Shown piece after piece: positions 1-12,877 of a DNA stretch of 53,088 bases. The notes beneath the pieces were generated by a model. The model did not search any database. It saw nothing but the letters and a program-made list of their open reading frames with translations, and was not told the DNA's origin. The DNA is from Octopus bimaculoides (lineage: Eukaryota). The stretch is taken from the NCBI RefSeq assembly GCF_001194135.2, contig NC_068982.1:124361847-124414934 (forward strand). Reading direction: 5' to 3'. How positions within the stretch are numbered: the first letter of the stretch is position 1; every line of letters begins with the position of its first letter. Position numbers and translations under genes: made by a program.

Positions 1-1648
1 GTATGTGTGTGTTTGTAAGAGACAGAGTATGAGTGAGAGAGAGAGGTTTGTTGTCATATATACGTACATGCATAAATATACATACATCTTTGGATGTATG
101 CATATGACAACACAGCCCTTGACTCACTCACACTCTGTCTCTTACAAACACGCACGCGCGCGCGCATACACACGTGTGTCTTTGTAAATATGTTTGTATA
201 CATTTATGTATGTGTGTGTTTGTAAGAGACAGAGTGTGAGTGAGTCAAGGTGTGTGTGTGTGTGTGCATGTGTATGTGTGTGAGACAGAGTGAGAGAGCG
301 GTGTGTATGTAGTATTTACTCTCTCTCATACACATGAACACACAAAATAGAAAGTGAAGCTTTTTGCAGTTGTTATGTCAATACCGGAAGTTGACATTGA
401 GGAACCTTTTTAAAGAAGTGAATCTTAAATATAATCTTAAATATAAAGCAATATTATTTATTTTTAATTAAAAAAATCAAATGAAGAGCCTAAGATTTAT
501 CCGAGGTCAAATTATTCATGCATTACAAGTATGGAAGCATTTGGTGAAGTCAATTATTTCATGTGAAAAGCGATTACACACACATCTCTGTTTTATATAT
601 AGTATAGATAGATATAGATATGTATACAGATATATATACATAGATATATATACATACATATATATGTATCTAAACATACTTACATATATATACATGTATA
701 TATGCATATATATATACATACACACACATATATATACATATAGGTATATATATATGTGTGTGTGTGTGTGTGTATGTATGTATAAAATATATATGTATAT
801 ATGTATACAATGGGCTTCTTTCATATTCCGTCTACCTAATCCACTCACAAGGCTTTGGTCACTGTTCTTCATGTGATTGGCAGAATGTCCTTCTTGGGGA
901 ATAAAAATAGAAGCTGATGCTGATTACATCTAAAAGAAGATGCTTTATTTCCCTTCACCTTTAGTGGATGTAGCTTTGACCAGGAAGAGCTGAAGTCCTC
1001 AGATGATATCCAATGATCATCGGGTTTTCAACCCTGAACATATAACACCCTCCCATTGGTGGGTTGGAAGTGGTGGCTAAATCACTACTCCTCGCTTCTC
1101 CTGGCTCTCTTTTGTTTCATAACCAGCAAGAAGCCCTTCCTTCTATGTCTCTCCCATCTTACATACAGCTGCCTTTCTTTCTTGTCATCTCATTTCAATG
1201 CCTGTAAGAACTGGAAATAGAATTCTATGACTGAAGGCTATATAGAGGAAAACTGGTGGCGTGAAGGGGCTTTGATTTGGGTTGGTATACTTTCATTATG
1301 AAAGATATATATACAATATAGGCCCTTGTAATAAGTGATATGAAGCAAAGATTGAAATTGTAGATAATAATATGTTAGAACAAGTAGCAAGATAAATTTT
1401 ATTCAATGCATAGATACTGAACAGTATAGATATAAAGGATAAAATCCTTTTTTCTTTTTAAAAGCAGAAAATTTTGTCGGCAGCCAGCCATGAGGATTGA
1501 ACTCACATCCCTCTAATATCCGGTTAGAATGCTTTACCATTTAAGCTAAACCACCTGACCGCCAATAATTAGTAATTCTAAATAAAGCTAGAAACTACTT
1601 GTCTTGTGTTTTGTATTGATTTTTGTACAAATCTCTATTTTGATACAG

Positions 1649-1798
1649 AAGTTGCAGAGAAAGTCCTTAACCAATGTCTTTCTACTTCTGGTAGTCCAGA
1701 CAAACCTGATTATTCTATAACCTTCACCTATAAATACTTGGACGACACCTACACAGATTGGAAGGTTGCTAGGAACAGTGATGTAGCCTCATCTTCAG
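1649..1798 (+). CDS. TRPA1: TRPA-like exon A (coupling domain: EVAEKVLNQCL...YKYLDDTY...SSSG)
   Basis: Acceptor tgatacAG at 1647-1648, donor GTatgt at 1799; 150 nt, phase 1-1. Confidence 0.88.
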
Positions 1799-4700
1799 GT
1801 ATGTACCATATGCAGTTTTAAATATCAGGATTTTAATGTAAATCTCCATGTAAATTGAATTCATGAAACCCAACAACATTTCATCAAGGTGCCATGCAGT
1901 GGGACTGAACTCAGAACCATGTGATTGGGAAGCTAGTTTCTTACTACTCAACCACTCCTGCACTTGAGAAAGTAAAAATACAAAAATATGTTTTCACATA
2001 GCAAATGTTTTTTATATAATAGTTTTACTGAAAATATATTAGTGTTTGTTCTCACAATGCCAGTTTAACGCACACAGCATAAAAAAGAGGAAAACAAATA
2101 TCATACTTTACTTAAAGGTTCTCACTTAAAAAATAGTTTTTATAGAATAAATTTTAGTTTAGCCAAAAGTTTAATGTTAATGTTAAATTATCTTAGTATA
2201 TAACTTGATATGAAACAACACTAATACACATGCACAGAAAGAGAGAGAGTGAGAGAGAGAGTAGTATATTAATGATAATAACAAGGCTAGTCAGAAGAAA
2301 TGAAGGAAGTGTTCCTTAGTTTATTCATATACAGGNNNNNNNNNNNNNNNNNNNNNNNNNNNNNNNNNNNNNNNNNNNNNNNNNNNNNNNNNNNNNNNNN
2401 NNNNNNNNNNNNNNNNNNNNNNNNNNNNNNNNNNNNNNNNNNNNNNNNNNNNNNNNNNNNNNNNNNNNNNNNNNNNNNNNNNNNNNNNNNNNNNNNNNNN
2501 NNNNNNNNNNNNNNNNNNNNNNNNNNNNNNNNNNNNNNNNNNNNNNNNNNNNNNNNNNNNNNNNNNNNNNNNNNNNNNNNNNNNNNNNNNNNNNNNNNNN
2601 NNNNNNNNNNNNNNNNNNNNNNNNNNNNNNNNNNNNNNNNNNNNNNNNNNNNNNNNNNNNNNNNNNNNNNNNNNNNNNNNNNNNNNNNNNNNNNNNNNNN
2701 NNNNNNNNNNNNNNNNNNNNNNNNNNAGTACTTATTCTATCGGTCTCTTTTTGCCGAACCACTAAGTTACGGGGACCTAAACACACCAGCATCGGTTGTC
2801 AAGCGATGTTGGGGGGATAAACACAGATACACAACATATACATACATACATATATATATATACATATATACGGCGGGCTTCTTTCAGTTTCCGTCTACCA
2901 AATCCACTCACAAGGCTTTGGTCGTCCCGAGGCTATAGTAGAAGACACTTGCCCAAGGTGCCACGCAGTGGGACTGAACCCGGAACCATGTGGTTGGTAA
3001 GCAAGCTACTTACCACACAGCTGCTCCTGCACCTATATATATATATCATATTAATATATATATATCATATTAATAATATCAATCATATATTAGTAATATA
3101 TAATACTCAGTGTACCACATACGAGGGTTGAACTGTAAAACTGTGAAGTGAACTTCTTAGTCATACAAACCATGCATGCACCCATATATTCATGCACTGC
3201 ATTGCTCATCTTATTTTCATTTTCTTATTCAGGTTTAAGTTATGATGATGACTTTAAAGTGACACCGGATGCACTTCCTTACACCACAAACATGACCATG
3301 TTGAAAAAGAACCATCCTTTAAACATTATGGTAAACTTTAACTTTTTATTTCAACAGCATTTAGTTCCTCTGTTCAAGTAAGCAATGCTTGGTAAACAAG
3401 TGGACAAATATATTTTGTTTTCGAATCAACACGTATCAGGTGTGGTTAATTCTGAAAATCTGATCTGGCATTGTTGAACGTGAATTTTATATTTTGGACT
3501 AATTTTTGTCTGGCAAATCCTTAAGCACTGCTGATATTAATGTGCTGTGATGGGATTTAGACTAAAATATTTAGACACATTTCCTTTCTGATATTGGAAG
3601 AAAATTTGATCTTGAAAATTTAGACAGTAGAGTGACATGCCATTTTCTCATTTGGTAAATTTCTTTCTAAGCACATCTACTCTATTGTCAGTCAAGTGAA
3701 ACCTGCCGTATTTAGTGCCAAACAAGATAAAAATCTCTGAATTGCTTGAATTCACTGGCAGATTTATGGACCAGAATCAGTAACAAAGTTCCACATTTCA
3801 ATAAAGTCATTGAATGAGAAGCAAAAGCAAAGAGCCATAGAACAGTATGTTCACAATGCTCTAGTCTACTCATACAAAAATGAGTACCAATGAACTAGTG
3901 GTGCAGCTCCCTCTCCATCCAATTGTCATGTTTTGAATGTTTTTTCCTGGGTCAAAGGTTAGAGAGCAAAGAGGGTGTTTGTCTTAAGCATCTTAAATTA
4001 TTTGCAGAAGTGTTATACAGGCTATTAGGTCATACTCCACTTGCTAGTGAGGGCTAAGCTTGTCCAAAATCTAGTGAATTCATGTGCTTGTATCTAGTCT
4101 GGTATTAATGAACTTGTGTTAGTGTTTATATAATTACTAATTTATTATAAATAGGTAAGGTACGAAAGATACTAAAATTTTATAAAAGTATTCACAGTCT
4201 GTCAGGAGTATTTATTTTTTCAGTGGCTTCTTAAACATTAATGTTGTGAAAATATTATTTGATTGAATTGTAATTTCTGGTCTTGGAGAGCTTGCAAAAA
4301 CCATGGGCACAGCTCTTATTCCAGATGGATAAAAACAAAACAAAACAAAACAAAAAACCCCTTGAAAAACCTGTAATTTTAATCAAGAATAATCTTCCTC
4401 TTCAGATAGATTTAAGAATAATTTAATAATTATTTCAGATAGATTTAAGAATAATTTAAGAATAATCTTCCTCTTCAGATAGATTTGGCTGCTGTTTCTC
4501 AAATATTGCCCCTTGTTAGTTTGTTCTAGTGTACTACAACAAAGTGTTGTTATTCTCGGGTCAGCCATGTCAGACAGATATACTACCAAAGGTATTCTTG
4601 CTTTAACTGTGCTATTTGTTTCAATATTCAATTGCTGATTGTTTCAAAACCTGCTGTTTGGATCCACAAAAATTTCAAGCACTTGGTCAAATATTTTGAT

Positions 4701-7700
4701 AATTTTATTTGAATATAGAAAATGTTAATATTCTAATTTAATAAAAATTAGAATAACCACTTGACTGAAAACTTACATTGCTACACAAGACTCTAACTGA
4801 ACATCTGTGAATCTCCAGTACTTTTGATACTAGTCATGGATATTCATGAATGAGTGAAAACACATCACTGTAAGTGACTTGAATTAAATATCATCTCTTT
4901 ATGTCAGCACAACTGAAGACTGGCTTATGATATGGCTGCAGTTGTCATCACACAAACATCTGCAGTAGTTATTTTCACAAGGAACAAGAAAAAAATTTAC
5001 GAAAAATATATCATTTGCATAAAAGTTCTCTGCAATGGCTTTCATTATCTATGTAACAATTTGGCAGATTCTCTGTATATATATATATATATATATATCA
5101 CCTGGATCACCTGGATCGGCCAGGCTGTCTAGTGCTGGATTGGCCCCCACTGGCCACTGCATTTGGTCCCTCTCCCTTGTGCTCTTCTCATTGCCCTCCA
5201 TGTTGTTCCAAACATCTTTCTTAAATTTTCTTCCCAACTGATTGGAGGTCTTCCAAGTGGTCCCTTCCATTTGTGAGGGTACCACTCGACAACTGCATGG
5301 GTCCACCGATGCTCTGTGAACCTTGTGACATGACTGGCCCATCGTTGCTTTGCATGGTGGTATTGACCTATTGCTATATTGTTGTTCTTGAACATGCTTT
5401 AAGATAATAATCTTGACTACATACATGCACACACACATGCATTCACACCAATACATTTCCCCACATCATCTACCTAATTTTTGTTTTTGATTTCAGGCTG
5501 AGAACAACCAAGAAATCTTACTCTCTCATCCTGTTGTAAAACAACTCCTGAGTTATAAATGGTCTTCATTCGGAGCACCCCTCTACTATGTGAATCTCTT
5601 TATTTATTTGATCTTTCTCACCTGTTTTACTGGTTACATTTTGGAAGCAAAACCTCCTGTTCCGTAAATATACTTTCAACTTATTATTTCTCTTTTACAT
5701 TTGATAGTTTGACAATAAGTTGACAATAAGCCAGTCAATTTGACAACAAGTCAATAGGATTGTTGTTACTACTACTCCACTACTGCCATTGTTGTTTAGC
5801 TCCAGGTCAGTTCAGATTGAGTAAACCTGTGTTCAAAATATTCCGGTCATAACTATTCAGTCTTTTCTGCTGAAGTTGACTTTGCCTTTCATTCTTTTAG
5901 GGTCAATAAAATAAGTATCATGAAAGCATTGAGCTGGCAGAATCGTTAGCACACCACGTGAAATGCTTAGTGGTATTTCATTTGTCTTTATATTCTGAGT
6001 TCAAATTCCACTGAGGTCAACTTTGTCTTTCATCCTTTTGGGGTTGATAAATTAAGTACCAATTGCATATTGGGGTTGATCTAATCGACTGGCCCTCTCC
6101 CGAAAAATTTTGGGCCTTGTGCCTACAGTAGATAAGAATAAAATAAGCATCAATTGAGCACTGAGGTCAGCGTAATTGACTTAACCCCAACCTGAAACTG
6201 CTGGCCTTGTGCCAAAATTTAAAACCAACATTTCACCAGTTTCACAAAGAACACTATGTCTTATAGCTGTTTGATTATGGTAAGTGACCATGTCCCATAC
6301 GCTTGTTCTCAAATGAGATTTCTTCTTTGTATTATAAACCAGAAAACAACATATTAATATTCAATTAGTTTGAGATTCTTTCATTGAACTACTTATGTTA
6401 ACTTGTTCTGAGTGTCAAGTCAACCAGCTCCGAGAAATAGAAGCAATTATAGTATAGTTAAAAAGAAAAGGCAAAGAAAGACGATAATAGCACATCTAAG
6501 GACCCAGAAGCTGGAGTGTATCTGTGAATGACTTTTTGCCAGTCAGATGAATGACCTTTGACCAGATGTGGTCTAGGATGTCTATGCATTTAGCAGCACC
6601 TACCTATATGTAAAATAGTTTAGTTATCATCATCATCATCATTCAGTGTCCATTTTCCATACTGGCGTGGGTTAGATGGTTTGATGGTAACTGGTAAGCT
6701 GGAGATCTGCACCTGGCTCCAGTCTGTTTTGGCTTGGTTTCTATGGCTTGATGCCCTTCCTAATGCTAACCGCTCCACAGAGTGTGCCAGGTGCCTCTCA
6801 TGTGTCACTGGCACAGGTGCCTTTTACATGTCACCAGCACTGGCCATGACTGATTTCACTTAGCTCAATGTGTCTTCTCAAGCACAACAAATCACCAGAA
6901 GTCTCAGTCACTTGTCACCACCTCCATGAGACTCAACATCCGAAGGTCATATTCCACCACTTCATCCACATCTTCTTGGGTCTACCTCTTCCACAGGTTA
7001 GATTTCAGCACTTTTTTATGCAGCTGCCCTCGTTCGTATGCATCACATGACCATACTAGTGCAGTTTTCTCTCTCACACACTACATTGGGTGCCTCTCAC
7101 ACCCAATTTTTCTCTTAAGACAATTACACTCCATTGTACATGCACACTTATACCGTAATATAAATGTTTTATAAACAGAAATAAGTGATGGAAATTAAAA
7201 GCAACATTCAAATCTTCCATATCCATCCTAAAAATTCTACCTGTTTTATGTTCAAACCAACCAGATGCAGCCTCTCACACCTACCCTACAATGTCCATCT
7301 AAAAATAAACAATCACATTAAAAAAATCTCAAAGCTATGAGATAATACATAATTAATTCAAAATAATGTGAATAAATGATCATTACATTTGATAGATTAA
7401 TCTGAATACTAAATGGGTTAAATGATTAACTTTTATCAAAATTATAATTTACTGCAAATTTAAGACATTCCTATTTTCCGTAATAATTACATTTTAAAGT
7501 TTTCATTATGTATTTTTTTTAATTCTGAGAAATCTGGCTGAAGAAGAATATGAATAAATGTTGGAAAATTTGCTATTTCAGTAATGCTGTCTACTATAAT
7601 GAAACACACAGCTGTTTCAATGTTCAGGTGAACGACGGATTCTTTATTAGTTACGGCAAATATGTGGTCATTGTTCTTGGAGTCCTGATGTTATTACGAG

Positions 7701-10700
7701 AGGTAAGGACATAGGCAAAATGCCTCATTTGCTAATATTGAAGCTTATCTTTGCATTATAATTTCCTAGTCTATACTTATATCTTTTCATAGATCATTTG
7801 TGTTTAAAAGAGATATTTTGGTTGTTTGCGTTAAAGACTAAACAAGTTGAACAAATTGAAATCAACGCAATAATAGAGCATCAAAATATCAATACTGTGA
7901 AGTTAGTTTTAATAACTTTCAAAGTTAAATTTTAAGCAGCACATCTTACTGTGTGCTTCTCCTGTATAAAAGAATCAGGCTACGTTTGTCAGTTTTGTAG
8001 TTATGCCATTAGGAGATTTTATTATAAACTCTCCAAAGTTTTCCATTCAGCTACAATATTACATTAACATGCTCAGTGTTAAGTAAATGATGATAGTCAC
8101 ACAATTGCAGAAAGAGGACATCTATGGATTATTGATAAAGAGTTTGCAAATCCAGTCTCCAAGATACACTTTCAGCTTCATACCTATTATTACTCCCATT
8201 TGTATGGCTGAATCTGGGTTCTTGGAGAGAGAACACAAATCTTTAATTCATACTCTAAAAATGATTATAATATCACTTTTATTAATGTTGGTAAGGCTTG
8301 GGTAAATGGTTTGCTCATATTGTAGAACAGATAGAAAGATATATTTTTTTCAATGTGTAAATACTGATAGAACACTATATATAAGACAAAATATTTTAAG
8401 GGCAGAAAATGTTGCTGGTAACCAGTTGCTGACAAATTTTTCTGCTCTTAAAAGATTTTATCCTATATATAGTGTTCTATCAGTATTTACGCATTGAAAA
8501 AAATATATCTTTCTACTTGTTCTACAATACATTTCAACGCTTCAAAAACAAACTTACATTTGTTTACATATGATGTAATTTACTCATATTAAATTAATAA
8601 TATTAAACTATTTGGTTTTCAGACTGGATGATAATTCATAATGTTTCGTATTTGATGGTATATAAGAGAGCATCCCCCCACTCAAATCACCCTGGGTACT
8701 ATATGCACTAAAACCCTTATTTTCTAATTATGGGCTGCTGAAATACATGTGCATCTAATATGCATCTTTTATGCCATCAATTGCAGAAATAATGAATCAT
8801 TACTTATATTTCTTATTATATTTTATTTGCTCCTTCATATTCTGTTTTAATAACACTGCTAATTAATATAATATATTCTGTTGTGTCTGGGGAGAATCAT
8901 TTTCTTATTGTGCCTTAAAATTTAACACACTCACCGGTAAAATAGTCTATTGATAAGGTTGCAAGACGCAACGAAAATTTTAGGAAAATAAAAAGAAAAA
9001 TAAGTGGAAATTTTACCGGTGAGTGTGTTAAATTTTAAGGCACAATAAGAAAATGACTCTCCCCAGATATAACAGAATATGCTTCAACACACAAAATCAT
9101 AAAAAATCTTGCAAACCAAATCCAAAAACGAAATAATATAATATACTTACACATTTATTTGGATATTATAGGAAAAAAAATGCATGTCAATGTTTCTGAT
9201 GTTAATGTTTCCATCATTATATTTTCAGATCTTCCAGTTAGTTCAAGCTGGACTTGGCTATTTAACCTATGTAAATCTCCTAGATTGGCTCACCTACCTC
9301 TTTGCTATTCTTTTTGTGCTTGGCTTTAGTCAATGTCAACAGCAAGTACTTTACATTGAGGTAAGACTGATTACAGTTTATTTTAAAGTTATATTATTGA
9401 AACTGAATCTATTTAATTTATTTCCTTGTTTTATACTCACTTTTCAATACCAGCATAAGGAGAATGGCTTTTTGTTGTTGAATTTTTGTGTGCTGTGCTC
9501 AGAACTGGCTCCTGTGCAGGTGGCACATAAAATACACCATTTTGAGCGTGGCCGTTGCCAGTACCGCCTGACTGGCCTTCGTGCCGGTGGCACGTAAAAG
9601 CACCCACTACACTCTCGGAGTGGTTGGCGTTAGGAAGGGCATCCAGCTGTAGAAACTCTGCCAAATCAGATTGGCACCTAGTGTAGCCATCTGGTTTCAC
9701 CAGTCCTCAGTCAAATCGTCCAACCCATGCTAGCATGGAAAGCGGACGTTAAATGACGATGATGATGATGATGATGATGTTATAAGAGTTTGTTATATCT
9801 TGGTAGGGTCATTATGCCAATAAACACATGCACTGAGGTGCAACAATATCTGTTTCACATCAAGAATCTTGCAAACCAAATGCAAAAATAAATAGATCTC
9901 TTCTTACTTCTTATTACTAAACAAGTGGTACATGTGATCGATCAAGCAAGGAGAGTTAAAGCAAAATTAAATGTCTTACTCTAAAATAGATTATGATAAT
10001 GATAATGCCTACATAATTATAAGTTTTATGTCTTTTCTTTTTTTCTCATAGTTTACAATATAATTTGTTAATATTATTTTTAATTTAATATGAAAAGCAA
10101 ATCACTATATTTATTCTTCCTTTCTCCCTTTTTTTTATTTAAAGGAGTGGCAATGGAATCTTGGATCAATAGGAATATTTCTAGCATGGATTGATTTGGT
10201 GCTCTACGTACAGAAAGTACCTCGTTTTGGCATCTATGTTGTTATGTTTACTGACATCCTATACACATTTATACAGTTTGCTGTTGTCTTCTCTCTCTTC
10301 ATTGTTGCATTTGCATTTGGGTTTTTTGCCTTATTGCGTCAACGAGTAAGTCCTTTTATATATTCTCTCTTTACTCTTTTACTCTTTTTACTTGTTTCAG
10401 TCATTTGACTGTGGCCATGCTGGAGCACCGCATTTAGTTGAGCAAATTGACCCCAGGGCTTATTTTTTGTAAGCCTAGTACTTATTCTATCGGTCTCTTT
10501 GGCTGAACCGCTAAGTTACAGGGACATAAACACACCACCATTGGTTGTTAAGTTGGGGGTACAAGCATATACACATGCATACATACATATATACATATAT
10601 ACATATATACGACGGGCTTCTTTCAGTTTCCATCTACCAAATCCACTCACAAGGCTTTGCTTGGCCCAAGGCTATAGTAGAAGACACTTGCCCAAGGTGC

Positions 10701-11100
10701 CACAAAGTGGGACTGAACCCAGAACCATGTGGTTGGTAAGCAAACTACTTACCACACAGCCACACTTGCGCCTAATATTTTTTTAATACAAATAAAGTGG
10801 TGACTTGGCGGAATCGTTAGCACACTTGGCAAAATGCTAAGCAGCATTTCACCTGTCTTTATGTTCTGAGTTCAAATTCCTCTGAGGTCGACTTTGTCTT
10901 CCATCCTTTCTTATATATATATATATATATATATATATTTCTGTATATCATCATCATCATCATTTAATGTCCACCTTTCATACTGGCACAGACATATGTA
11001 TATATTATATGTATATNNNNNNNNNNATGAATTTATAAATATTATGTGAATGATAGTATTTTGAAAACAAAAAGGTTTAATATTTAATTTCATATATGCT

Positions 11101-11147
<47 letters not shown>

Positions 11148-12841
11148 TAAAAACTTGCAGTTTGATTCTGATTAAAATATCAGAAACTTCAGAGCAAAAC
11201 CCCACACTACATTTCACCTGCATTTAGCTTCTCATTCCCACTGTTTGTTGTTTAAGTTTTCCTCTACCAGCATGACCAGAGTGTGAAATGCATTGCATTT
11301 TATTATATGTAAGATACTAAATTATCTTCTTTCTTTTCAGATAAATAAGTCACAAGCTGTTGAATTTGTAAGTAATTTCCTTTCTCATTTAAGCTCAATG
11401 ATTTAATTGCTTAAATATGCTAATTTTCTATGCATACTTATGTACAATATTATACATCTATTTTGTAATACTCTCCTGATCTCTCTCATGGTCTAGTGGT
11501 TAGCATGTTGGACTCATGAGTATAAGATCATGGTTTCAATTCCTGAACTGAGCAGCATGTTATGTACTGCAGCAAGGCACTTCATTTTATATTGCTCCAG
11601 TTCACTCAGCTGCAAATGAGTACTAGCTTTGCACTGGTATGTCTTTCTCACTTCAGTTATCTCATGCTCAGTGATCTGCTCAGTCGAGTGGGAAGATCAC
11701 ATGACCGGCCAGACTATCAGGTTTTGTTACACATCACTGGTCATTACGCACTTCACGTTGTTTTAGCCTTCAAATGACACCATCCCACTGGCAAGACAAG
11801 CAGGCCAACTTTCTTCTCTGATCGAAAGTGGTGGGGGGTGGGGGTGGTTGGAGCTATGTGAAATGAAGTGTTTTGCTCAAGAACACAATGTGCTGTCTGG
11901 TCTGGGAACCAAATCCATGATCTAATGATTGCAAGTGCAACAGCCTAACCACAAGGCCACGTGCCTCCACCACAACTACATCGGCAACAGAAACAATTTT
12001 ACACTTGCCTGTAAGTGGCTACATGTAAGCTTGTTACTCTCATAGTCAGATCTTTGTGATACAAACATATCTGATACTGTCTCTGATTATTTGATATGAA
12101 ACATTACATGTTAAAGTGTTCAAATGTAAATTAAAAGTGTCTCTCATAATCTTGATAATACTAAAACTCCAGGGATGTTTCTGTGTAATTGAAATATCCC
12201 TAAAATAGTATATTTTATCTTAATTTTTTTTTACATGCTTATTTTCATACCTACCTTCAGCAGTGCAGTACAAATTTTTGTGACATTTGGACCTCTATTT
12301 AAACAATTAAACACAATTTTTGTTAGTTATTTCTTGATGAAAAAAAAATATATGGCTTCCATGACATCAACACACATACACACATACAGAATACATACAC
12401 ATATAATCAATGTCCTGGCATGTCAATCAACACAAACACATGTTCGCTATCTGTGACACACACACATACACATTGTCTTCATGCTTTCTAAGAAAAAAAA
12501 AACCATTGACAATATTTTAATCATTTAGAAATATTTTTAACTGAATGTGATTTCATCATCCGGAGTCTGTTAATTTCTGTAAAATTTTTTTATTTATTTA
12601 TTTACTTTTGTTTTAAAGTGAAAGAGAGGAGAAAGTGAAAGATGTATGTATGTGAAATAGATATGTGTGTGTGAAAGAGAGAGAGAGAGAGAAAGAGAGA
12701 CAAAGTGAGTGAAGGGATGTGTTGTCATATATACGTACATACATCAATACATATGCGTACATCTTTTTTGTATGTACATGTGCATGTGTGCATGTGAGAG
12801 AGTGAGTGAGTGAGCGTGTGTGTTCTCATGTATGTGTAAGT

Positions 12842-12877
<36 letters not shown>

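Noticed and set aside
5-876. ORFs rich in YI/CV/HT repeats here and at about 25060-25412, 26341-26684, 46791-47048 and 47895-48278
   Set aside because: They are translations of (TA)n, (TG)n, (CA)n and tetranucleotide microsatellites.
2300-2938. Long ORFs spanning N runs (also 26630-27228, 34894-35822, 36746-37309, 50076-50289, 51357-51671)
   Set aside because: They stay open only because of assembly gaps.
3120-3145. TACGAGGG mariner-like TIR start
   Set aside because: Too short, with no partner TIR or transposase sequence nearby.
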